Positions 51,515 through 64,000 of a stretch of DNA of 64,000 nucleotides are shown in pieces. Numbering within the stretch: the stretch's first letter is position 1; each line of letters opens with the position of its first letter. The notes below the pieces were generated by a model. It made no database searches. It saw only the letters and a list, made by a program, of their open reading frames with translations, and was not told the DNA's origin. The DNA comes from Lingula anatina. Lineage: Eukaryota > Animalia > Brachiopoda. The position numbers were made by a program, and so were the translations under genes. The stretch lies in the NCBI GenBank assembly GCA_051362555.1, contig CM120646.1, positions 15,004,001 through 15,068,000 on the forward strand, read 5' to 3'.

Positions 51515-51774
51515 TTAACTACCATGCTCTCATAATTTGAACTGTTTCATTTTTAGATAAATTTATAGCTATTCTGTACCACTAACATAAGAACTTAGCA
51601 TTGATTAAAATCATCAGCCAAGCTTTTGTCTTTACAAAACAGAAAAAAAAATGTATTTTATTACACTGGAATTCTACCAATTTACTTTAGTCAAATTACA
51701 TGTACACTCAAATTCTGGTCTAAACATTTAGACCAAATTTAGGTAAAAATTTTTGTGTAATGGGCCCTTATAAT

Positions 51775-51990
51775 AATTTTCCCCGCGGCGTAATTACTGG
51801 CAGCGCGAGCGTCAAGGTATCAGAATCTCCTCCGAGCACAGCCGAGAATTAATTACAGCTTTGTATAAGTAACTGGCTCGCGCTGCCAGTAATCACGCCG
51901 CAGGATATTCAGGGCACAGACCGTGATCACAAAACATACTGTGAATAGAAAATAGAATTTAGAAAATAGACTTTCCATGTGAATGAAGCC
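51775..51990. mobile_element. Truncated MITE family B copy
   Basis: Right arm ...aactggctcgcgctgccagtaat...catgtgaatgaagcc|taa homologous to 17124-17380; left arm truncated. Confidence 0.75.
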
Positions 51991-52374
51991 TAATATAAGA
52001 TTCATAAGATATACTTATCTTATTGCTCAAAATGCATTTATATCTACAATGTGTGCTATTCTGGGCTTTTCGTTATCCAACGCACAGTACAAAAACTCGC
52101 AATTTACGTCTGCGTATTGCATCAGGCTTTTCACGCCACAAGTTATTTTGGTCTCGAATGAATGCGAGAATCCGCGTGACATCCCAACGTCATTGGCAAC
52201 GGATCCCGGGACCGGGAAGAAAGGCATCGAAAGCCCTATTGACAAGCACAGATTTTAGTTTTACTACAATAACGGCAGTTTTAGTGGTAAAATGCAATAG
52301 AATATATTTCCATGCGTTGTTTACAATGTATTTCTTGTGGAATTTTGAATCTCAAAGGAAGAGTTATTACTGCT
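51991..52374 (+). mobile_element. Partial Kolobok-like element, inverted copy of 57719-58106
   Basis: About 380 bp reverse-complement similarity to 57719-58106; ends ggaagagttattactgct|ttaa. Confidence 0.8.
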
Positions 52375-53483
52375 TTAACTACGGGATTAAAACGTCATAC
52401 CCAATCAAAAAAAAAAAAAAAAAAAAAAAAAAGACTGAAATTGCTGACTACAGGCTTAAGAAGACTTAAATGAAATATTGCATCCCTTTATAAAAAAGGT
52501 AGAAATCTACACAAATGATTTAGGCCGACAGCTATCTTACTTCACCTTAATAAACTACAATGGATTTATGAAAACCTACAGGTCGTTGGGTTTTAAGATA
52601 ACTTTTGGCCGTCAATTCTTTTGTGAAACTGGTCCTTATAAAACTTTCCTTTTGTCACATTACTACCTATTATTACCCATTACACTATATTTGCACAGAC
52701 CAGATATGGGGTTCATGCAAGCTTTGTGGGTTTTATTGTCTGTTTTCTCTCAAGTTAGAAAGTGCACTGTATGACAGGGAGCAAACAGATCAATTCATAA
52801 AAAGTTCAGACAGGCTTTCCTATATTGATATGTCAACACTTTCTAAATGTAATCAAGTCCACACCTACACCCTATTACTTAAATAACCTCTACCTGTTTC
52901 TGATAAGCCTACTGCTACAGGTTGTTCAGCTGTATCAGCTAACCCATCTACACCATTTCAAGCATACCACAGGGGGGAAGGTGAAGTGTGTGTGCGTGTG
53001 TCGGGGAGGGAGGGGGAGGGGGGGAGGATGATCCCACCCTAACCCCTCACATCTTTGGCTTCTTTAAATAGCCTCAAGTATACATTCACAAGTGAGCCCC
53101 AATGAACTTCACCTTCTTTCCAAGTTTCACATACAGCCCTGGCTGGCATAGCAAGCTACAAGTATTTTTAATCCACCCTTTTCAATAGGCAAGTGCGACT
53201 GGAGAGTCGGAAGGTTCATTGGTCCAAAATCTTATCAGTTTTTCAATAAAAAGGTATGTTGGTCTGAAGGTTAAATAGTGAACATTTGGACCAATGGACC
53301 TTCAAAATATTAAACTTCCAGACTTTTGTAATGCATTCCACTAGACAATAAATATAAATCCAACAATCACTTTAAGGATACTAAATACCTTGTAAGGTGA
53401 AGAACTCCCCACCTCCCCCTTCCTACCTCCTCTTCCTCTTTATCCTCCAACAACTTCTGAATCAATAAGAACAGGACTTACCA

Positions 53484-53645
53484 CAGCAGCACACACTAGT
53501 GCACAAGTCCACCCAGCTCACGTACAAAATGCACAGTGAAACTGCTAGGTTCTCTTTACAAATGCAGCAGCATACACTAGTCCACAAGTCCACCCAGCTC
53601 CCATACAAAATGCACAGTGAAACTGCTAGGTTCTCTTTATAAACG
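53484..53645. repeat. 81-bp tandem duplication
   Basis: cagcagca(c/t)acactagt(g/c)cacaagtccacccagctc ... gctaggttctcttta occurs twice. Confidence 0.85.
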
Positions 53646-55711
53646 CCTGCCAGGGTGTGTTTGTATGTGTCTGTCTGTGTGTGAACGACTCATAAGGCAA
53701 GGACAGTTATGTTCTCTACGCCACAGCATAGTGCTACACTTGCTGGAGAGGAAATTAGGTACAGAAATGACTGTGTGGGTGAGAGATTAGACTCTCCATG
53801 ATGACACTGTCCATCCGCTGACAACTGACTGATTACAACGATTGCCCAATACCAGCTCCTGTATTTTCTCTAGCATAAAATTTCATTTGCCCAACTACCC
53901 TAGCCTGAGTGCAGTCAGTTTTTTATTTCCCATTGTAATGCTTTTATGTGAAAACATCCATTTGAATTGACAAGGTATTTGCACTGAGGGTGGGGGATGG
54001 GGGGGGGGAGGTGGAGATGAGAAGTGCAAAAGGGTTATTCCTTTTCCTTCTATTACTTTCATTAGGTCTTTCACAATGTCTTAGGAGGAAGCTGGCAAGT
54101 CTATTTTAAGGCTGATTATAAATGTGTTTAAGTTGCAAATTGTAATACCGCATATTCATGTTACTCAGAAAAACTTTAATAAAAGAAATGACCTTTAAGC
54201 ACCCAAAAAGTTTTAATGAGACATCTTAAATTCAAAATATTTAAACTGTTTCTTACAGGAAGGATATTTTGTCAGTGGCAAACCAGTCAACCATGTCCAG
54301 TAGCTTGAGCACACATCAAATGTTCTTAGTAATTCATCAATAAAAGAAGAAATTTGACTCCACTTCATTAAAAGAGGGAAACTGAGAACAATATTACTGC
54401 TGCAGTGAATAGCATAGCTCTCAATAAAATTCCAATTTCCTTTGAAATTTTTTTTCCAGAAGCTAAAATACTTGTATAATAACAAAATAACTGACACTTT
54501 ATTAGTTCACCGTACACATCAGCAATCTGATGTACCGAGGAAATTAAAGGCCACCCAAAAGATGAAAGTAGCTAGGTTATGTAAAAATTACAAAAGCCAC
54601 AACTACGCAGACAACGAAACTAGCCATATCTTGTCTGCCTTAGTTTTCATTTCCAGTTGTCTGTTCAAATTCATTCAGATGCCACAAAGCGTGTCACCTT
54701 GGCTCAAAATCACTTAGGGCTCATTATGTGCAGTTAAAGAAACAAGATGTGATCCCAATGACAGGAAGACGCTGCAGTACCACAGGTTCATCAAAGGGTT
54801 TAATCACTTACTTTGACGCAACTTTACATGATATATCACTTATCCATCAGAGAGATCTGCCCTAAAATGACCTCCCAGCTGTACTTATTGTTATAATAGC
54901 ATTTCAGCATCATACAATGTGGGGGCACCTGATACTATTATTTTCCTCCATATTTTACTCTATAGCTTTCATCCACTGTTACCTCAATTCAATTCAAGAT
55001 AATTCCATTGGCTACCATCTGTGTCAAATTTTGTCCGTACTGAAATGAACTTTTTTATGTCTCTTTAACTATGACACTACAGGATATTAGGTGTAAATTA
55101 TTGGGATGGGGGAGGGAAGTAGACTTAACCATTATAACCAGGGAAGGACCCTCATCTCTGCAGGAAAACATCATCGACACAAAAGCAGTTTATTATCTGT
55201 ATCAATCTAAATGAAAACGTGAATATCATTAAAAGATATAATTGATTTTAAATTCTATCATTAATTTGTTGTTTGTGGCTTGTATCAAAATACCAAATAA
55301 GCACATAATTATCCACCTAAAAATACAGTTTCTGATGAATATTAAAAATGAGGCCAGCAATAAGAATAAAAACAGAATACTGATAGAGACAGAAAGTAAA
55401 ACATTGAATCCATTAATGGAAACCAATTCTCAATGCTTGCTGGTAATCCCCTTTCCCCATTACATCATCTTATCATCCTAAATTCTTATCTTCTCCACAT
55501 CCAGGAAAGAAAAAAAAAACTTTGCCCATGGTTAAAACTTGAAAAGATCTAGAATTCCATTCAAACACTTTGTTGATGAGGGATAATCACTTACTTGGAC
55601 CAAGTAAAAAACAGCAACTCAAATCATCAAATGTACCTGACATGACTCAGTTTATCTTTATTTCCTCACAGCATATATTAACTTGATCACCTGCGTTTAT
55701 TACTAAGTCCC

Positions 55712-55810
55712 CATAATATAATATAATATAATATAATATAATATAATATAATATAATATAATATAATATAATATAATATAATATAATATAATATAATATA
55801 ATATAATATA
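55712..55810. repeat. (ATAAT)n pentanucleotide microsatellite
   Basis: Perfect 5-bp period for about 98 bp. Confidence 0.95.
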
Positions 55811-56506
55811 TCACGCTGCGTCTCAATTTAAAATCTTTATAATTAACTCTGAGCTTGTGAAATATTTCCAAAGAAATGGCAATTAGTAAGCATGACAATG
55901 TTATTCAAGGAAATAAACTATTGTCAGGTAACATTACAAAATGGGTGCAATGCACAATAATTTTATGGAAATGTTACGTATTTGCATTTTACAACCATTT
56001 CTGTTCTAAACTTCGAGGCACTCACATCCTTAACTTACTTTTTCCACATCTCTCACAAAAACACTTTAAAGTAAGTCTTTTTATGGATGGCTGAACTCTT
56101 GAACAAAATAAACTTCTATTTAGCACAAGTCCCCGTACAGGACTGAATCTGTGAGACCAAAGAACATGCACCCGTTTTACAATATAATTTCATTCCTAAA
56201 CTTGCTTTACAACACTTAACTCTAGATTTTACACTTCTTTGATCCCAGATAAATCATTACAATAGTTAGGCAGTCCTGCTGTTCAAGTTTCTTAATATGA
56301 TATCAATGTGGCTCAGGTTTTAGAGTGATACATGTAGTTTTTCTAACTTTGGAAATCTCTGCCCATTTTTCCTGAATTGAAAATGGTCTAAAAATAAGTC
56401 CAACTTTCAGTTTTCAGTTTTTGTGTGAAGCCTACCATGGAATGGTGGAAAAGGGCAGTCTAGTAAAAATCACAAGTACAAATAAATTTTAAAAAAGTAC
56501 TCATAC

Positions 56507-56666
56507 CTGAAAGGAAATACCATTAAAAACACACTCCAATACAAACCTTGCCAACAAGAGAAGCTTCTCTATCTTCTTCCTAAGAAAAATGACTATCAAG
56601 GATCTTCTTCCAGAGACTAGTGACTGTAAAGAAGATGGACTAGCTATCCAGGTCTCACTGCTAAAT
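56507..56666 (-). other. Candidate non-coding 5'UTR exon of the long ZIP gene
   Basis: Strong acceptor (atttttattgcag) and donor (CAG|gtatga) on the minus strand bracket 160 nt; no coding similarity recognised. Confidence 0.4.
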
Positions 56667-57718
56667 CTGCAATAAAAATATCAAACACAAATGATACGAG
56701 TACAGGGGAAAAGAAAACAAGAAAACTTAAATATTACAAAAAAAAAAATGGTGCAGGTATAAAATACTGATCTCTGATATGTTCCAGTACATCAATTTGA
56801 AAAATGCTTTATAGGTAAAACAATAAATTTTAAAGACAGTTCAAAGTGTTGCATGTGCTCTCCAGCTACAAACTTGCTGCTTACATGTTGACCTATAACA
56901 AATCACTTCCAACATGAATGCTTCCCATCACATCAGTCTTTCACATATTTCACATACATTCTCTCACATATACACCTAAAAGCTGACAAAATGACTGAGA
57001 TATAATTCAGAAAAAATTGTAAAATATTATTTTCATTTTCATGAAATAAGCAAAGTTTACAGGACTTCGAAAAAGAGGAAAGTAATCTTAAACTTTTAAC
57101 AGACACTATCTACACTCCTGTTTGCCTAACAATGTAATAAACTTATCTTACTCCAATAAAATTTCCATGTAGGAAATAAAACTCCCAATAAGAAGTTTAC
57201 TATCATCATCGTGATATGATAGGGGACCCCCCCCCCTCCCCAAAGATTAAGAAACAAATGGTAATTAATCTATCTTTTCAGTGGGGGGGGAATTGTACAG
57301 ACACTGTATTCCTTTAATCACAATATATTAAGATGAGAGTGGTAGCAACAAAATTGAACAGTAGGCAACCTAATAGTTCTATCCTCTGCATTAAAAGCAC
57401 CAAAAAATGCAAAACAGAAATATAATTTTTATGATTATAAAATTATGTATCTGAATGATGATAATTTTTGCCCATTGAATAGATCGAGTAATTGCTGTAT
57501 CCAATGCACATAGTTTAAGACTGCACTGTCTAGCTATTACAAGTCTGTCTTTTGAGTCCTCAATTAAACGCAACATCATTCCTGGATTTCTCTTTAATGA
57601 ATAGTTAAGAAATCAAAAAATATATCATCAATGATTAAATGAAACACAAAAGCTTAGCAGATGTTTCTTTTTCTAACCCATTAGGTTCATTATTAATAAT
57701 TAGCTACAAGTATATTAA

Positions 57719-58335
57719 AGCAATAATAACTCTTCCTTTGAGATTCAAAATTCCACAAGAAATACACTGTTTATAAACAACGCATGGAAATATATTCTAT
57801 TGTATTTTACCACTAAAACGGCCCTTATTGTAGTAAAACTAAAATCTGTGCTTGTCAATAGGGCTTTCGATGCCTTTCTTCTCGGTCGTCAAGGCATCCA
57901 TTGCTAATGACCTAAGGGTGTCGCGCGGATTCTCGCGTTCATTCAAGACCAAAATAACATGGTGCGAAATGCGTCGATGCAGATGCAGACGTAAGTTGCG
58001 AGTTTTTGTACAGTGCGTCGGATAACGAAAAGCCCAGAATGGCACACATTGTGGATATAAATGCATTTTTAACAAAAAGACAAATATATCTCATGAATCT
58101 TATATTATTGTTATATAGTGTTGTTGTTGTCTGCTTTTCCCATGGTTTTAAGTAGGTCACTAGTGACTATGCAATGTCAGAGAGGGCTCCGACAAAAAAA
58201 CGTACGTTTAGGAAAAAAACCCTGGATTAACTTCGAATGCAGGGATGGGGTCGTTGACCATTGGTAAGTACGGGAAAATTGCCGTTTTTTCCAGGAAAAT
58301 CCAATTTTTGGCCAAAACGAAGAGTTACTATGACT
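57719..58335. mobile_element. Non-autonomous Kolobok-like element
   Basis: TTAA|AGCAATAATAACTCTTCC ... CGAAGAGTTACTATGACT|TTAA; same TIR family as 6340-6676. Confidence 0.8.
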
Positions 58336-59851
58336 TTAAATTAATCCTTAATAATTAGCTACAAGTAAGTATATTAACCTATCTTTCAATACATCTTTAA
58401 TGCCAGAAATGGACACATGCACCTCTAACTAACCAGCCACGAGATTTTCACTTTGTCTTTAAACAAGCCAACCGTAACAAAATGCATTTCTACTTACACT
58501 ACCTCAAATCCAAATAATTTCAGTTAAAAGACACTGTAATTACTGTAAGTGGAATTATTCCTGCACATTTCTAAAACTAAGATGACCATGTACCACTTCA
58601 GCCCTCTTACCCTCTCACACCTATGTCCAGCTCCAAATGACCAGATGACCATGCACAGTCCAAGCCAACCTGCAAAAATGACCAATACAGAAGTGGATAT
58701 TAATCACATTAGAGACCACTCACATGTCCAAAGCATGGGCCGGAAAATGATCTATTATGTCACAGTCCAGCTCCCACAAGACCAAAACTGAGGCGCATTA
58801 CAGAGGTATGCTATCTTTGTACACATCGCTTCCGAAAATTGGAATGTAATTTTAAGGCAGTGGTGGCAGACACTGAGGTGGTACTGCATAAAAAAAAAAA
58901 GATTTTAGGCAGATAGAATAATATACAAATCCCATTTGTAATTTTTACCTTAGTGCACTAATCATGCAATATGTGAAGGTCCTCTTTCTGGATCAAGAAA
59001 TGACTGTCAAATAGCAGGGAAAAACTTATCTTGCGAGAGTGGTAAGGGAAACGGTGAGGGAAAATTTGCTCAGGGCTGGTTACATCTAAAATCAAGTAGG
59101 CACTGTTAATGGCTTCACATTAAAGACCCCCAAAGAAAAGGCCAATTCCAACTTTTATATTTTTTTTTATCTTTTGGTTCACAAACCAATTGTTGCCATT
59201 TTCCAATTGAAGGACTAGTTTCCTCTCCTTTTTCCCAATTACAACCTCATCTCCTCATTGACGCCAAAGTATACTCGCCAGGAAATTAGACCGACGCCAA
59301 TTAGAAATAGAAAATGTAACAGCAGTCCAAATTGCAGATTGTCTTTTTATTCAAGCAGAACTTTTTTGTCTGACATGAGCACCATTAATCTAAAGGGTGT
59401 CATTAATATTTTCATTACACAGTACTTGCCCAAAATAAACCACAAAATGTAACAAAGTTATCAACTATTTATTCCTTTTATGTGTTGGTGATGTAAATGC
59501 ATATTAAAATTAGAGAGGGCACGGCCTTAATGAGATCACTACCACAATTGTCAATTAGTAAAACAATTAGCCTTATACATATTGAACTAAGAGGAAATTA
59601 GTCCTTATAACCATATTAATAAATGCACCATCTTTGGTTTTAAAATCTATTTATGAAAAGTGAAAAAAAGGTTGAGAAATTGGTATTGGTTTATAATGTC
59701 AATCATCCATTTGTTTGTGATGTATATATATTTGGGGACTACTAATTCATTTAGAATATGAAAAAACCTGTAAATGGAATTGAAAAATGCATTTAGTGCT
59801 CAATGAACCTGATAAAAATGGTATTGGTTTTAATATACGGACACTCTTAAG

Positions 59852-59890
<39 letters not shown>

Positions 59891-60930
59891 GTAACATCTT
59901 TTTCTTGTCTAATACTTCTAGATGACACTTTTGATTCTAACCAATACACCAATTAAGTAAAAAAAAAAAGAGTGCAAGTTCCTAAACAACAAATGATAGT
60001 ATAAAAATATAGTAATAGTAAAAGAATGAAGATTTATGAAGGGGGGTTAATTTATAAATGGTGTAATAAGAATCCCAAAGTGGTTTCGCATCTGCATACA
60101 GTTGTCATAAAAATTATCTTAACTTTTTTTTTTGCTAAAAAGCCTACGAATTAATACAAAACACTTGTTGATGTCTGCAAAAGTGAAGGCCATGTTACTG
60201 TGAACTCAGTTTCCTGAGAGGGGAAATGAAAGGATACATCAAGCCTATTAAAGTGGAAATTAAATTCCAATGCCAACTTTACCCTTCCATGAAAACAATC
60301 ATGGACAAAACTTGCTATCTTCAAGGCCCAATGCCAAGCAATGATGGTGTCGGGCCTGCAAATTTGATGAAATTTGTGTATTTATGCACCCAAATGGACC
60401 AACAATACTTTATAACTCACCATTCAGATGTCAAAATAATTTCTCAAGAATCTGTATGCTTTTCTTAAACATTTTAATAGAATATTGGTTAATTTGAAGA
60501 ATTTTTGCCAAATCAAAATAGTTTAAGTACCAAATACGACCATCTGGACATGCGTCTTCATCAACTGTCCAACAGGGATTATTGGTTTCAGAATATATCT
60601 TAACATTCCAAAACTGAATGATTTTAAATAAAAAGTCACATTCAATTAAATTTCCTTTACAATATTGGACAAAACTTAAATCAAAAGAAAAAAAGAAAAA
60701 AAAACAAAAAAACAAGGCAATTAATCTATGATTGTTAAAACTGTGTTACAGATACTAACTGAGACAAGTAACAGCAGTATTGAGACAGACAGACTCTGGT
60801 AATGGCCTAATACACAAGCTCAACAATATCTAAGCACTAAAAGCAATGGTGATTTTTTAAAGACAGTTTAAATAGTCAATGAAAGGAATGTAACAACAAC
60901 TGTAACTTAAGGTCAATATTGAACATCTTT

Positions 60931-61145
60931 GGCTCTGTTCTCACAACTTTTAGATCGATCTATCACCGCGGGGAGTCTCACTAGATTACTGTCAGATAAT
61001 CCGCCTTAAGTGTCCGTCCCCGCCTACTACAAGCTATAAGGGGTAATTAACTTTCGTGTCCTCCCGGCTGACAGCTATTTAGCGTGAACCCCCAGGGAGT
61101 TAGGTCGATCCAATGTAGGTCGATCTAATCTATGAGAATGGGGTG
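60931..61145 (+). mobile_element. MITE family A, copy 6
   Basis: Homologous to 17725-17939; TTT TSD. Confidence 0.87.
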
Positions 61146-61425
61146 TTTGTCCTACCAAGTGAAAAACAGGTGCTGATAGTTTTCCCATGCAACTGGCAAT
61201 GAAGAGAAGACTGGATTAATAAAATTAATTCAATCAACACTTTCAGCTGTTTTTCTCAGAATGTCATGTTCCGCCCATCAGTTGGGCACATGGCACTTGG
61301 GTAATGGGATTTCTATAGAGAATCAATGAAGACACAGAACTGCATTGCTTCACATGTCAACTCGATTCCCGTTTGCCCGAGACAGGGCGGAAATTAAAGC
61401 CTGTTAATTTTTTTATGAGCACAAT

Positions 61426-62927
61426 AAAGGGAACCGGAGAAGATCAGCATTGGTCAGAATTGTGCCGGAAGTGACGTGCAGTGGTGTTAGAAACGAAGCT
61501 GAGTGGTCATTTTAACATAGAGGTGAACGGCAGTGAAGACGGGTTGTCGGAGGAAAAAGAAGTTTTCTAAACAACATGGTAAGACAACACTTTTTCTTTA
61601 CTCATTTTGGGCAGAGAAAACTTGTAGAAATAATAAATGCATGATATGAAAACGTGACACGGAACTTGAAGGTGCAAAATCGTGCTTAATTTGCGGTCAA
61701 CTTGTTTTAAAATGAATGCTGCATCGACCGCCATTGCGACAAAGAGTGTAAATGGAAAATAATTCCCGGGAGGCTGTAAATCGTTGTCATGTGGAAATTT
61801 GGCATTAATATAATCCGATATGTCCATATCTAAGTATTTTTGGGGTGTATGAGCTGCAATTAGAACGAAGTTTTAGAGGTCTTGAAGAACCTTGTGAAAA
61901 CAAGGAAGTAGTTCGTAACTAACAAGTGAAATGTACCGATCTCCGACTGCTGTGCACAGCTGTACCTTTTTTTCAATATATTGACGAATTTTTGTCACAG
62001 GACAAATAAAACATCTCACTGACAAGATCTTCCCAAAAAGACAAAAAGAGAATTCAGGTGAGCTGACAGGTAATTAAGACTAGCTCAAAGTACTAATAAT
62101 TGACATTATTATGCAATACTCAGTTGGTAAAACGATTCTCACAGGTAGATAACATGTAACATGACCAATTTCTATAGGCTAATGATTGCCAGCCTGAGGA
62201 AATTGATTGCCAGTCTCTTTTGTCAGTGATTTTTAACTCAGATAAGAGGCTGTCAGAATGTCACCTTTGTCTTGGCATTTGTCACTGATTAGCGTGTAAA
62301 AGGTATATCAGTGTGATCATGTGTGTGGAATTTCATGCCAGATGGACATATAAAGATCTAAAAATTCGTCAATATATTGAAAAAAAGATACAGCTGTGCA
62401 CAGCAGTCGGAGATCGGTACATTCCACTTGTTAGTTACGAACTACTTCCTGGTTTTCACAAGGTCCTTCAAGACCTCTAAAACTTCGTTCTAATTGCAGC
62501 TCATACACCCCAAAAATACTTAGATATGGACATATCGGATTATATTAATGCCAAATTTCCACATGACAACGATTTATAGACTCCCGGGAATTATTTCCCC
62601 TTTACGCTTTTTGTCGCGCTGGCGGTCGACGCAGCATTTATTTCTAAACAAGTTGACCGCAAATTAAGCACGATTTTGCACCTTCAAGTTCCGTGTCACG
62701 TTTTCATATCATGCATTTATTATTTCTACAAGTTTTCTCTGCCCAAAATGCGAAAAAAAAGAGAGTTATCTTACCATGTTGTTTAGAAAACTTCTTTTTC
62801 CTCCGACAACCCGTCTTCACTGCCGTTCACCTCTATGTTAAAATGACCACTCAGCTTCGTTTCTAACACCACTGCACGTCACTTCCGGCACAATTCTGAC
62901 CAATGCTGATCTTCTCCGGTTCCCTTT
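61426..62927. mobile_element. 1.5-kb foldback DNA transposon with ~567-bp inverted arms (possibly ISL2EU/Harbinger-related)
   Basis: 61426-61992 is the near-exact reverse complement of 62361-62927; AT|AAAGGGAACCGG ... CCGGTTCCCTTT|AT suggests an AT TSD with RR..YY ends; ~370-bp unique spacer. Confidence 0.88.
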
Positions 62928-63217
62928 ATTGCATGTAAACCCCTGCTTGTTACCCACAATTGAGAAACACTGCCAGTTTTGATTAGTTTAAAAACAAGTT
63001 TTTTCCTGAAGACAAACTAAAACAGATTTAGTCATGAACTCAAAAGAATTATGGATCATATTCTGTAGAGGACGCCTCACAGGTACCAGTATGGTTCACC
63101 TTGGTACTGCACAAGAAAAGTATTGTTTTACCTCTACACCAACTTGTAGCAGGTAAAATATCCTTAACCTTGAGCTAACAAATGATGTGCGCCATTTTCC
63201 ATTTTAAGATGATTTTG

Positions 63218-63263
<46 letters not shown>

Positions 63264-64000
63264 GTCTAATATTTCTTTCTTTCTTTATCATTTTGATAAT
63301 CAATATTGAAGTGACTGAAGCAACCATGTAGCAAAAAAACTGTTTTCCAAAGACTTTTTACGTCATTGCTTAAGTAAACAAGATGGTAGAAACAAAGCAA
63401 AAAATAATTTCAATAAGTGATGAACTTCCAATGCTATTAGCCTCTGTGGACTGACTTGGTTTCCAGTAGGACAGCTTCAGGGAATTCTCAATACTTGCCT
63501 TTCTCTGGAAACCAATTAGTCTACCCACAGGGGAGCAAGCCTTCCACAGTTGAATAGAGAACACAGTGAAAAAGCAGGAGGGGGGGGGTTCAACTCCTTC
63601 AAACTACTGTCATATGTGACTTGATGTCTATTCATGTAAAACTACTTGTGGTAAAAATGGCATCTGTTCGTGTTTTTCTGAATTTAATTTTAATTTTGCC
63701 ATTATCTTAATTCCATGTTTGCCCAGAATTCCCTCAATCCCCACATTTTTATCGATTTTCACTCAATGAAATAGCATAACTAGGGACTTGCCAACATCAT
63801 GTATTCTAGGTGAGTAATTCACTCAACTTGTGATAAATAAGCAAAAAATTAAATAAAATATGACCAAAAAAAAAAATCCATCCATAAAAAATTTGCAAGA
63901 ACAAAAATGTGCTATGAGAAGCATTACATAAAAAATACATACAGGCTAGCAATATCGCATTAAAGGAAATTGGGCTTAAAATTGGCTATAGTTCATGAAA

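Noticed and set aside
55647-55898. ORF with YYIIL repeats
   Set aside because: Translation of the (ATAAT)n microsatellite.
51983-58160. Similar ORFs at 52023-52469 and 57839-58075 (MLKMHLY.QCV.FWAFRYPTH) suggesting a small gene family
   Set aside because: They are translations of two copies of the same non-autonomous transposon; frames differ by indels and no domain is recognisable.
61567-61827. 86-aa ORF in the foldback arm as a transposase
   Set aside because: No DDE or THAP motif recognisable, and the mirror copy has a stop (TTA TAG) in the same frame.
1-64000. tRNA, rRNA or autonomous transposase/reverse transcriptase genes
   Set aside because: None recognised by eye; no long ORF besides the ZIP exon. 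tRNAscan/Infernal were not run, so small RNAs cannot be excluded.

Overview
AT-rich, intron-rich animal genomic DNA, most consistent with a marine invertebrate; the species cannot be determined from sequence alone. Three multi-exon genes lie on the minus strand and were reconstructed by hand from GT/AG splice sites and reading-frame continuity. (1) The 5' ten coding exons of an MRP1/ABCC1-like ABC transporter (ATG at 3957, running off the left edge). (2) A compact, divergent LIV-1-family ZIP (SLC39) metal transporter (15269->7427, about 465 aa) that lacks the usual ectodomain and reads [10 protein letters not shown] in TM5. (3) Its canonical ZIP6/ZIP10/foi-like tandem paralog (37664->25669, about 786 aa) with a candidate 126-nt cassette exon. 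The right ~26 kb has no credible coding sequence and is probably 5' intron/UTR of the long ZIP. Non-coding DNA is rich in non-autonomous DNA transposons: PIF/Harbinger-like MITEs with 3-bp TSDs (some nested), Kolobok-like TTAA elements, two Helentron/HINE-like elements carrying tandem arrays, a 3.9-kb TIR element and a 1.5-kb foldback. The most interesting signals are the divergent ZIP paralog, a cluster of ten MRE cores upstream of the long ZIP coding region, ARE motifs at the ABCC promoter, a 146-bp DR1-bearing array, and a foldback with ETS-CRE promoter motifs in both arms. None is proof of a new system; all need testing.
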